Positions 25,881-35,889 of a stretch of 64,000 nt of DNA are shown in pieces. The first letter of the stretch is position 1. Each line of letters starts with the position of its first letter. Both the position numbers and the translations under genes were made by a program. This stretch comes from Camelus ferus (Eukaryota): assembly GCF_009834535.1 (NCBI RefSeq), contig NC_045696.1:50594001-50658000 (forward strand), in the 5' to 3' direction. The notes under the pieces are model-generated. The model did no database searches. It had not been told where the DNA came from and worked only from the letters and a program-made list of their open reading frames with translations.

Positions 25881-26359
25881 ACCTCTATTTTCCTTATTTT
25901 GTTAAATATATTGGCCAGAACCAGAACAATGTTAAGTAATAGTGATCATTGCGGACATCTTTCTCTTATTTCAGAACTGAGAGGGAATATTTCTAGTGTT
26001 TACTCATTAATGCTGCTTTGGGTTGAAAAAAAATAGTCATATTAAGAAAGGAAAGCTATTTCTATTTCATTGAGTTTTCTTCACTTATTTGTGGTCTTTG
26101 CTGAAAATTAACAAATGCCTTTTTAGCATCTATGGTAACGGTCATATGTTTTTTCTCCTCAGATCTATTGATAGAGTAAATAATGTTAATATCTTCCTAT
26201 TCTTGAACTATGTATGTATTTCTCATGGACATCATTCTTGGTTATAGTAAATTATTCTTTTCTTTGATACTGCATTTTTTGCTAATGTTTCCTTTAGTAT
26301 TTGCATATTGATATTAATAAATGAGATTGACCTATACTGTATTTCTGTGGGTTTGGATA

Positions 26360-26694
26360 TATTGACCTAAAACAAAGAAACTGCCAATTATTTCTCCAGG
26401 AAAAAGAAATGGGTTTATTCAGAATCAGCAGAGAATTGTAATTCAGGGTCTGTAACCATGCTGAACCACATACAAGTCCGCACACAGCAAGGGAAGGAAA
26501 ATGATTTCACAGAGGGGAAAATGAAGTTGGGAGGACTATAGTAAACAGAGTCCATGGCTGTTCATTGTCTGAGTCCTTGCCAGAAAAGAAGAGTATTTCT
26601 TCTCTCTGTTGGGCTCCACTACTGTCACAGAGTATGAGAATTCCCCCTTCTGGTTTCTATTTAATTAAGGTTTTTTGTTTATTAATTTTTAAAA
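26360..26694 (-). mobile_element. 3' LTR of the ERV
   Basis: Aligns to 32137-32497 (shared tgacctaaaacaaa...gtttattcagaatcagcagagaattg...cccttctggt...ctatttaatt). About 15-20% mismatches in the segments compared by eye. Preceded on minus by the polypurine tract. Confidence 0.9.
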
Positions 26695-26705
26695 TTTCCC
26701 CTTTG
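26694..26705 (-). promoter_or_regulatory. Polypurine tract of the ERV
   Basis: Minus strand reads CAAAGGGGGAAA immediately before the 3' LTR. Confidence 0.8.
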
Positions 26706-27046
26706 ATTAACATTTTTCTCTAGAAGTATTGCTGATCAAGAGTCAGGTTTTCTAGTTTCAGTAGCTTTTTGTCCCCCAGTGCCAGGAAGGACCTTTTCAG
26801 AATGTACTGTCTCACATCAGAGAGAAAGTACACAGACTGGAAACCTATTGAGGTAACATTTAAGTAACAAGTAGGAGTAGAAGGGAGAACTCACGGGCAC
26901 TTTTTATCTGAAGTCCGTATGTTATCAAGATCAAAGACACTAGAGATCATCTGAAGAGATATGTCATCATTAAAGGTTTGGTAACAAACTTCCAGCAGGC
27001 CTGGGCTAGATATCTTGGGAAAACCTTTCATCAGATGTTGTCCGCT

Positions 27047-29760
27047 TCATTTCTGGGAAATCTTTACTTTCAGGTCACCAGATGACATGCAGGTCCAGTC
27101 ATAGTTCAGTGCTTTCTTTAGATGTGTCTCTTGAATCCAAGAGTCTGTTCCTTAGAATTTGTCAGCACAGTGGTTGGTTAGCAGTATTTGACAAGAGCCT
27201 TTCCAGTGAGGTTGAAGAGAGTTCTTCTGGAGCTGCTTTTCCAATAGACAAACTCCAGGTTGCAAGGTGTGATGCTTAAGGTTTCCTGATAGTACACTGT
27301 GAAAACATTGCCCTACCAAAGCATGGTTATTTTTAATAGGAGTAATTAGGCCTTTGAAATTTTGGAATGTCTTTCCTTTTAACAGTTGTGGGTCAAAAGA
27401 GGCAGGAGCCAAGAGCATCAGGCGTCCTGTGACTATCTCAGAGGATAAGAGTTTGTTCCAAAAGGGGTGGGTGTGAGATTCAGAAGCTTTACCAAGGCAT
27501 TTGGAGCACCTCCACAAATTTTGCCAACTGAGTCTTAATAATGCCATTAGTGAGTTTGACTGAACCACAGGACTAAAGATGGTAGGTGCAGTGAAAGTGT
27601 TGTAAAACTGGCCAAACAGCATAGACTTGTCAAATTACCTGATCAGTAAAATGCATTCTCTGAGCATTATAAAGTTCAAGAGGAGTTCCCCTAGGTAGGA
27701 ATAATCTTTTTCGAAAAGACTTTAGCCACAGAAAAAGCAGCGGCCTGTCTGCAAGGGACAACTTCAGAACAGTGTGGAAACTTACTGACCATGACCAAAA
27801 TGTATTTACATCCATGAGATGAAGGAAGTTTTTTGAAGCCCATTTGACATACAAATGAACTCAAATGGTTCATTAGGCAGTTTTAAATGCCCAGGAGCAG
27901 CCTGAGCAGACTTCCCTGGGTTATACTTTGCACAAGTGGGACAAATGAGGTAGGCACCTTTTGCAGCCTTGTTAATGTTTACCCACCAATATGTACTCAT
28001 GAAGGCTATCATTTTGTCAGTAGGCCAGTGGCTTAATGTATGTACAGTAGTGAGGAGTGGAGTAAGAATTTTAGAATCTCCAGTAAGACTGGGTTGTTAT
28101 TTTGTCTGAACCAGAACTTTTTCTCTTTTTATCAAACCATCAATTGCTGAATTTTCTCTTTTTATCAAACCATCAATTGCTGAGTTATCAAACCATCAAT
28201 TGCTTGATTTTCCTTTTCTGAGGCCAATTATTGGGCTTCTCCAGTCAGTTTTTGCAAGCACAGTATCTGCCATTGTCACCTTTTAAATAAGAACCATCAG
28301 GGAAGCATGGTCAGCGTTACCCAAGGGCATTTCCTATAGATCATCATGAGGAGTCAGGAGGTGGTCTGTGAGCATTAAGGAGTCTTAAGGGGCTTCATTG
28401 GTGACAGAGGGAGAAGAGAAGCAGAGTAAGGTTATTACAACATAAAAGAGTTATGTGAGGAGCAGTTAACAAAAGGTCTTAATAGGAGGTGAGGCAGCTG
28501 ACTGAAAAATGTTGAGGTTGATGAGAATTTTGGGGAAGTTCTACTGTATGAGACAGAAAAATGGTTAAAGAGGCTCCCATAACGATTTTCTCAGTGGCTT
28601 TAACCAAAAAGGCAGTGGCCATAATGGTTCTAAGGGTGTATTCCCATGCTACAGGGTCCAGTTGCTGGCTCTAAAATCCTGTGGGTCAATGGTGGTTTCT
28701 GTATTTGGGGGTGGGTGCCTCAAGCGCATTCCCTTCTTTTTCATATGCAAAGAAGGAAAAGGGAACCTAATAATTGGGATGCCCAGGGGGAGATGGGTTC
28801 ATCGAACTCTCCATTAAGGCCTTAAAAGCTATGTTGTCTGGTTCTTCCTATAAAATTGGGTTGCAGTTGTTATTGTGTAGTAAAACATACAGAGGTTTGG
28901 CCACAAGAGAGAAATTTGGAATCCAGTTTTGGCAATAACCAGCTAGCCCAAGAAAACTTTACAGTTGGTACTTAGTTTGGGGTTTGGAGTAACTTAGGAC
29001 ACCACAAAGCCTATCTGGATCTCGGTGTAGCCCTTGTTTTGATATCAGATTCCCTAAATATCAAACCTGGATTTTGGAAAACTGCAGTTTTTCTTTGGTA
29101 ACCTTATGTCCTTCTAGGACTAAAAGCTTTAGTAAGTGGATGCTGCCTTCCTGTGAGGAGACTTGAGAAGGAATACTGCAACAAAGTAGAATATCTAGGG
29201 GACTTTTTATCATCTAGTTCAGCCTTCAGGGTTTGTAAGAAACAGGGAGGACTCTCAATACAACAGTGACGAGTTGCTGTCCAGGGGAATTGTTTTTCTC
29301 CCCAAGTAAAGGCGAAAAGGTATCGGCCAGCTTCATCAACTGGAATACCAAAGAATGCACTGCATAAATCAATTTCAGTAAAGGACTTGCTTCCAGTGGG
29401 AATGGACGGTAGTAGAGTATAAGGCTTAAAAACTACAGATGTGGATGGATAACAAAGTTGTTTATTGCCTGGATGTCCTGGACAACCTACACCCTCAGCC
29501 CTTACGTTTTTCTCACCAGTAAAATAACAGTATTAGAGGAACGAGTATAAGGGATAATGAGGCCTTGAGCTTTGTAACGTTCTATTATGCGCTTTCTGCC
29601 TTGAGTTGCTTCTTTACTTACAGCATATTGATTAATTCTGAGAAGAAGTTATGAGAAATCTGTTTGAATCATGACAGGAGGTGCACTATGAATTTTGCCA
29701 GTATCAGTTGGAGATTTTGCCTGTAATATCAGTTGGGGATAACTGATTCAAAAGGAACAA
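27047..29760 (-). pseudogene. pol: ERV pol remnant (RT, partial RNase H, integrase), heavily disrupted
   Basis: RT motifs IDLCSAFF, YLFAFTW, LLQY, FLGLAGYCQNWIPNFS; RNase H start DGSYLKG; integrase WW..CPTC, KYILVMV, TNGIIKTQLAK and a GPY/F-like LQPHWKGSCQILLT (ORFs 27152-27622, 27691-27873, 27806-28012). Confidence 0.92.
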
Positions 29761-29879
29761 ATGATCATGATCAGTATTCTAGAGTCAGCTCTAGTATCAA
29801 GAGACAGAACAAATAAAAGATGTCAAAGAGTCATTTAGTTCTTTACTGAATTGGTTACTTTAATGACTAGTGTCAAATT

Positions 29880-30200
29880 CTAGAATGATTTCTCCCTTTG
29901 TGGAGAAAGAAATTCCAGCATGACACTTCTCTAAGAAGTCTCAGCCTAATACATGGTTAGCAACAGAGAAATGAAGGAGAAAAGGATATGTAGCTCTCAG
30001 AGAGCCTGAACAAGAGGATAGGTTCAGAAACAGGAACCTCTTGGGGTTCATTAGAGATCCCCACTCTCTGAACTGCTTTAGTACTTTGAGTCAGGGGCTG
30101 CTTTATTAGTAGTGGGTTGAGCACCAAGAGTGTGGTTCCAGTGTCAGTCATGACTGGAAGAGATTCATCCCCAATCTGGAAGCATTTCTGTTTCTCCAAG
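29880..30200 (-). pseudogene. pro: ERV aspartic protease remnant
   Basis: VMTDTGTTLLVLNP with catalytic DTG at 30137-30145 (ORF 29957-30457), and a downstream LG*DFLEK motif. Confidence 0.85.
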
Positions 30201-30251
30201 CCAATTAAGAGGGAGGATTGGGAAGAGCCCCTGTGGTTCCTTGGAGCCCTG

Positions 30252-31627
30252 TCTTTGATAACTGGAAGGACACTGGAAAGGCTGATTAGAAGGCTGAAGG
30301 TGACTGAAACACTTAAGTTTGGAACGATCTCTTTTCCAGTGTCCTGGCTCTTTGCAATAATAGCAGAAACTAGAAGGCTTTTGGTTTCATTTAGGAGTTT
30401 CCATTTGCTGTAGTTGAAGATTAAGAATTTTTGCAGTCTTCCTTTTGGGTGACTCATCTAGAGCGTGAGAGAGCTGTTTGCCAGATTAACTAAAGGGAAA
30501 TCTGGAGTAGATTTAGTTTCCCATTCCATCCTAGTGCTTTATACTAGAAAGGAAAGGTCTCAGTTCAGCCCATTAATGAACATAGAGTTAAAAGCTACCT
30601 GGGTAGAATCAACATCTGAAGGAAGACCAGAATTTTCCTTAAAAATAATCTGAAGTCAACTATAATAGTCATGAACAGGTTCATCAAATTTTTGTGTGCA
30701 AGGCTGAATTTTGTTCCAATCAACAGGCTTTGAAAAAGCCCTAGGAAATGCTTGACGCTGGCACCTAGCAATCGCCCAAGCCTGATATATAATAAGTTAG
30801 TGAGCTGGCCTCCTGGTTATCATTCTAGAAACCTTTCAGGATTTTCCCAGTTAGCAGTTTTCATCCAGTGCTGGGCCTGGCCTTCACTGACAAGCATATG
30901 AACTAGCTGCTGTAAATCAGAGAAGCCAGGTTGGTAAGTTTGAATCACTGTATTTAAATTGCTCAGCAAGTCTGTGAGCATCTTCAGTTATCTGGGGAGA
31001 ATCTTTTTGACTATGGCTTTCAGTTCAGCTTTAGTCTAGCAAACATAAGAAGTTAAGGGTTTAGCCTCTAGATCCTCAGAAGGCTAAATTTTAGAGGGAC
31101 GAAGCTCTGGTAAGTTCAGAGGATAAGGGAATGGGGAGAGTTTCAGATAGAAAGGGAAAGTGGGCAAGAGAATTGGTATGGGGAGCCTGAGAGTACAGAG
31201 GAGGTGCAGGTAGCACTGGAAGGGAGGAGGAAGGTGGCACCAGAGGTGGACCATGAGACAAAGAGCCAAGGAAGGGAGCATGAAGCCTCAGAAGCCATTT
31301 TATCTTTCTTTAACCGTTTGTTTGACTCAAAGTCTCAGTTTGTAGAGAGGCAATTTTAGGATCCTGATAATATTTGGAAGCTTCAAAATACCAATCAAAA
31401 TAAGCATTTCATTCAGTTCTGGAAATTTTAGAGCTGTAGTGGTCCAGTTCAGCTTTAAGAAAATTAAGTTTGGGGATTTCAAAAGTTCCCCGTAATGGCC
31501 ATTGATATAATTGCCTTTGGTCAGTTAGAAATGTGCATGAGGAAGGACCAGAGTTTTTAAACATTAAATCAGCTGGAATCCCTGGGTGAGGGGCACCCTC
31601 AAAATATTTACATAATTGAGACCCCAT
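30252..31627 (-). pseudogene. gag: ERV gag remnant (MA-CA-NC), with stops and frameshifts
   Basis: N-terminus MGSQ... with WPLRGTFEIPKL (ORF 31409-31627), a proline-rich segment, capsid-like VDWNKIQPCTQKFDEPVHDYY, and zinc knuckle CYYCKEPGHWKRDR (30324-30365, last Cys mutated to Arg). Confidence 0.88.
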
Positions 31628-32115
31628 TTTTCAGAGGTTTTTCTCTAAGGTGAAAGAACAGTATTTAAACAGCTTACAGCTCAATTCAAACTGCTTGCAG
31701 CTCACACAGCCTGCAGGCCTGACACCTGCCACTACTAAGGAAACAGCTTGGTCCTGAAGGGACCAGGCTGAAGACTTCTCAGCCAGTTCCCATAGAACAG
31801 CCCCTTTTCCAAAGGAATGGGCCACTGGCTTCTCAGCTATTTTCTGTTGAAACAGTTAGGTCTCAAAATCAGACCAAAGTGTCAAAAGAGTACTTGCATA
31901 CAGAACAAGGCCTTAAACAGAAAGGACAAAACTTTAAAATAGATCCCAAGTAAAGCCTACAAAGCTTCAAATGTAAAGAGGGCATAAGCTTGGATCCAGA
32001 AGAAAGGCATACCTTTAAACTCCAGAATTGGCAAGAAAAGCAGTGAACTCAATGGGCTCAATTGTGAGTACCATACCTGTTCACTCACCAGCTCCCAAGC
32101 CGTCAGGAGTCTACT

Positions 32116-32133
32116 ACTTTGTACAGGCCACCA
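32116..32133 (-). promoter_or_regulatory. Primer-binding site, tRNA-Ile-like
   Basis: Minus strand TGGTGGCCTGTACAAAGT versus the recalled tRNA-Ile(AAU) PBS TGGTGGCCCGTACGGGGA. The first 13 nt match at 12/13, and the mismatch is a CpG transition. It lies 3 nt from the LTR end. Confidence 0.75.
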
Positions 32134-32136
32134 AAT

Positions 32137-32497
32137 TGTTGACCTAAAACAAACAGACTGCCAGTTATTTCTCCAGCAAAAAAAAAAAAAAAAAAAATAG
32201 GTTTATTCAGAATCAGCAGAGAATTGCAACTCCATGTCTGCAACCATGGCAAGCCACATGCCAGTCCCTGCATAGCAAGGGAAGGAGAATGCGCTTATAT
32301 AGAGGAAAAGGAAGCTGTACTAAACCAAGAGTCTGTAGCTTTTCATTGGCTAAGACCTTGCCAGGAAGTAAGAAGAGTTTTTCTTCTTCCTGTTAGGCTC
32401 TGCGGTAGTCACAGAGCATGAGAGCTCCCTCTTCTGGTCTCCCAACTCTATTTAATTGAGGTTTCTGTTTGTTAGTTTGTTTTTTTTTTTTTTTACA
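32137..32497 (-). mobile_element. 5' LTR of the ERV
   Basis: On the minus strand it starts TGTAAAA and ends GGTCAACA. It contains CCAAT (cattggc on +), a TATA-like CTATATAAG and AATAAA (tttatt on +), and is followed directly by the PBS. Confidence 0.92.
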
Positions 32498-34264
32498 GGT
32501 ATCAATGTTATCTTAGAGATTTTCTTCTTTTTTTAGTTCCCAGAAAAAAATTTAAGAGCACTGGGAAATGATCCATTCTTTAATGATGTAGTAGAATTTC
32601 CTAGGAATTGCTGGTCCTGGTGCTTTCTTATTGTCTGGTTGTTTGTAAGATGTTACTTCTTTAAAAACTCTATCTTTTTAAATGGGAATTTGTTTGTATA
32701 GCTATCCTATTGTCTTCTAGAGACATTTTAGGTAACTTTTATTTTTAGAAAATTATGTATTTACTAGGATTTCAGATTTATTTGAAAAATTTTGAGAAAG
32801 GTAATCTCTGTGCTTCTTCTAACTTCCCTTGTATTTGCAGTTATTGTCCCCCTTTTATAATTTTTATTTTCTTATTTTATGTATTTGTGTTTTCTTGATT
32901 AAGTACACTATTTTTTCCTTCAAGGAACAGCTCTTAGATGTAATGTACTCCTACTCTTTTTGTTTGTTTGTTTTTAGTTAAGTAATTTCATGCTTTTATT
33001 TTGATTAATTTCTACTTTCCAACTTCCATAGGTTTATTTTTTATCCCTGTTATATTCAGTTATTTTTATTAACTCCTTGAGTTGGATGTTACTTCGTTCA
33101 TTTTTAGCCTTTTGGTTTATTATTCTACATATGTGAGATTATGAATTTTTCTCTGAACAGTGCTTTAATTGCACACCATAGGTTCTGGTATGTAGTTATT
33201 TCTAAATTTATTTTTGGCACCGAATTGAATTAGTTATTGTCTTGATTCATGGCACACTCTCATTGGTCAATGCATAGCCCTCTTTTGTTTACTTATTTGT
33301 CAGCCTGTTAGCTTTTTTAATGACCCACCATCCAACATAGTCTTGACAATAGCCTGTACTTACCTATATGGTTCTTCCCATCCCCCTTCTTCTGCCTCCT
33401 CCTCCCCCTGACTCAATCAGTGATAAGTATCATTCTGAATTCTTTGTTTTTCATTCCTTTGCTTTTCTTTTATATAAACTATATATATAGTTTTATAACA
33501 TCTATCTATCCCATATCTATTCTTAAAATATGTTTTATTGTAGATTCATTTTTTAATTATATTCTGAATATCCTGTAATTTTGATATTGATTTCCTCTTT
33601 GACCCAAAAGTTGTTTCAAAAGAGATTTGTTTTCTCTTTATTTTTCAGATTTTAGAGTATTTTGTTTGTTTGATATCTTGATTTATTATTAAGTTCTAGT
33701 TTTATAGAATCATGAACAGATAATGTTTTCTGCACTATTTTTACATTTTAGAATTTATTGAAGTTTTTCTTTGGCTTAAAATATGGTCAATTGTGAATGC
33801 CACATAACTCATACAGAAACAGCATGCTATCTAGTATAGTGTTGATAGATATCAATCAGATCTACCTCATTAATTATGTTATTTAGGTCTTCCATACCAT
33901 ATTTTCTTGTTTCCACTTGATCTGTCATGGACTGAGGGGACAGAACTAAAATTTCCTGCTACTGATGTATTTTTTTTACCCTACCTTCCATGGTTTTTGC
34001 TTTATAATTGTTGATTCTCTGCTAGTTGGTATTCTAACTTTTTGAAAATCATACTGTTAAAACACTACAAAGTATCATTCCTTGACTTCCTTAAGCTTTT
34101 CTTTTCTTGATACTATGATTATGGCCCATTGCATTTGCCAGTTACTTTGCCCACACTTTTATTCTCAGCTGTTCTGATTCCTTTTTTTAGGTAGGTTTCT
34201 GTATAGCCTAAAGTTGAATTGCTTTGTGATCCAATTTGAATGTCTTTTCCTCATCTTTGACTTC

Positions 34265-34673
34265 TGTTACATGTTGAATCATGTTCCCCAAAGTGTGTAT
34301 GTTGAGGTCTTAACCCCCAGTACCTCAGAATGTGATCTTATTTGGAAACTGGGTCACTGCAAATATAATTAGTTAAGATGAGATCATACTGGAATATGGG
34401 CCCCTAATCCAATATGAGTGGTGTCATTATGAAATGGGAAAATCTGGACACAGATACACGGGGATGCCACATGAAGTTTGGAGTTATCCTGCCACAAGCC
34501 AAGGAACTACCAAAAACTTAGAGGAAGGCCTGGAATAGATGCTTCCCTAGAGCCTTGAGAAGGAGCATGGCCCTGCCAACACTTATCTCAGAGCTCTAGC
34601 CTCCAGAATTATGAGACAATAAATTTCTGCTGCTTGAGCCACTCAAGTTTGTGGTACTTTGCAAATTAATACA
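34265..34673 (+). mobile_element. MLT1B/C-like (MaLR) solo LTR
   Basis: TGttacatgttgaatcatgttcccc...acccccagtacctcagaatgtga...gcctccagaattatgagacaataaatttctg...taataCA, with 5-bp TSD acttc/atttc. Confidence 0.9.
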
Positions 34674-35889
34674 ATTTCTTTGTAAATATCAGTTGATTCT
34701 CATTATCAGCAACCCTTTATATTAATTTAAAATTTTTTCTTATGCCTTAATAGGTACAAATTCATGGCAAATTGCTGAAGACTTATGGACCAGATATTGC
34801 AAGTGTTAAAAGGGTCTATAGGTTACCCCTAAAATGTCCTAAATCCCTGCAGCCTAAGCAGAACTCAGCGTAGCTGACACCTATCCTACTACTAGCATCC
34901 CACAAAAATCTCAAGTAAACTAGCTAAAAGCCATCCAACTACACATAACACCTCTTTTCTTTTCAGGATCATGAGACTTACTGTGAATCAAAGAACTGAA
35001 ACCAGTAAGAGTCTCTCCAGCAAAAGAAGAATAAGCCTAGATTCCCTGTTACCTGATCCAGACATACCTAACTGCGACTTGCCTGGCCATTTGTGAAAAT
35101 GAAGAAGCTTCTGCTTCCTCCAGTGAGGGTAACTCTTTTGCAAAACTGTAAAAGGCTATTAAGAAAATGAAGGTCCCTAAGGGTCCTACCTGAGACAAGA
35201 TCTAGATTGTTCTCATCTTGAGCATTAATTTGTAGTTTAACTGTCCATGCTCTTAACTGTCAACCAATGGGTTTTGGGTTTTGATTTTTACTTTGATTAC
35301 CAATGTTTGCTGCAATTTATGAAGCAGAGCTAGAGGGCAGATGCAGCAGACTGCGTGGGCTCTCTAGTTAAGGGTGGCTTGGTGCTGCACCCCAGAGATG
35401 CCCTGGATGCTGGCCTCTGAGAGATGGCACAGGGATCTAAGGTGGCCTATATATCCTTTCCTTCCTTCACTCCTTCCCTTCATGCTTCTGCTTCTTCCCT
35501 CTCCAGCCCAGTTGCCATGGAGAAGAATACGCTTTTCATATGCTTATTTGCCAGATATATAATTTGAAGACTATGAACAATGGCAATACTTTCAATCCAA
35601 AAATATGGACACCTAGTCTGACACTAAGTATTAGGAATGTGGGTAGTTCTTAAACTCTGGCAGGAATGGCCAGCGTTGAAAGACAGGCAATGAGTGAACC
35701 GAAGCTCAGAATTTCTCTATGTAAACATACGTAGCACACATCTTACCTAAATATGCCTTCCAAGGGGGGAAAACAAAAACATTACCATACTAGTTATAAA
35801 CTTTACCACTGGAAGGGATGAAATATAACTCAAAGGAAAAATAAGCAAAAAAAATTTTTACTTGATCCTATATAAGCACTTATGTTAAA

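Larger units (their letters stand above)
26360..32497 (-). mobile_element. Degraded env-less class I endogenous retrovirus (LTR-gag-pro-pol-LTR), MER4/epsilon-like group by inference
   Basis: Two homologous direct-repeat LTRs, a PBS beside the 5' LTR and a PPT beside the 3' LTR. Gag, zinc-knuckle, protease, RT, RNase H and integrase remnants lie on the minus strand. Flanks gata (26356-26359) and ggta (32498-32501) form a 4-bp TSD with one mismatch. Confidence 0.95.
24300..34260 (-). mobile_element. Old fragmented L1 (L1M/L1ME-like), host of the MLT1A and ERV insertions; segments approx. 24300-25508, 25881-26359, 32498-34260
   Basis: T-rich antisense L1 motifs (ggataaattcctagaaatagaattgctgga; ttgacttagggagaatagatatcttt; ccagaacaatgttaagtaatagtgat). 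The L1 phrase gttt(t)ggtatca is split by the ERV. Confidence 0.8.

Noticed and set aside
26706..27046. Possible env gene in the ERV
   Set aside because: Only ~350 bp, with no ORF, furin site, ISD or CX6CC motif visible.
28119..28204. Repeat-spacer-like pattern suggesting CRISPR (also 45301-45371 and 55575-55660)
   Set aside because: Eukaryotic DNA, tandem units without unique spacers, and no cas genes.
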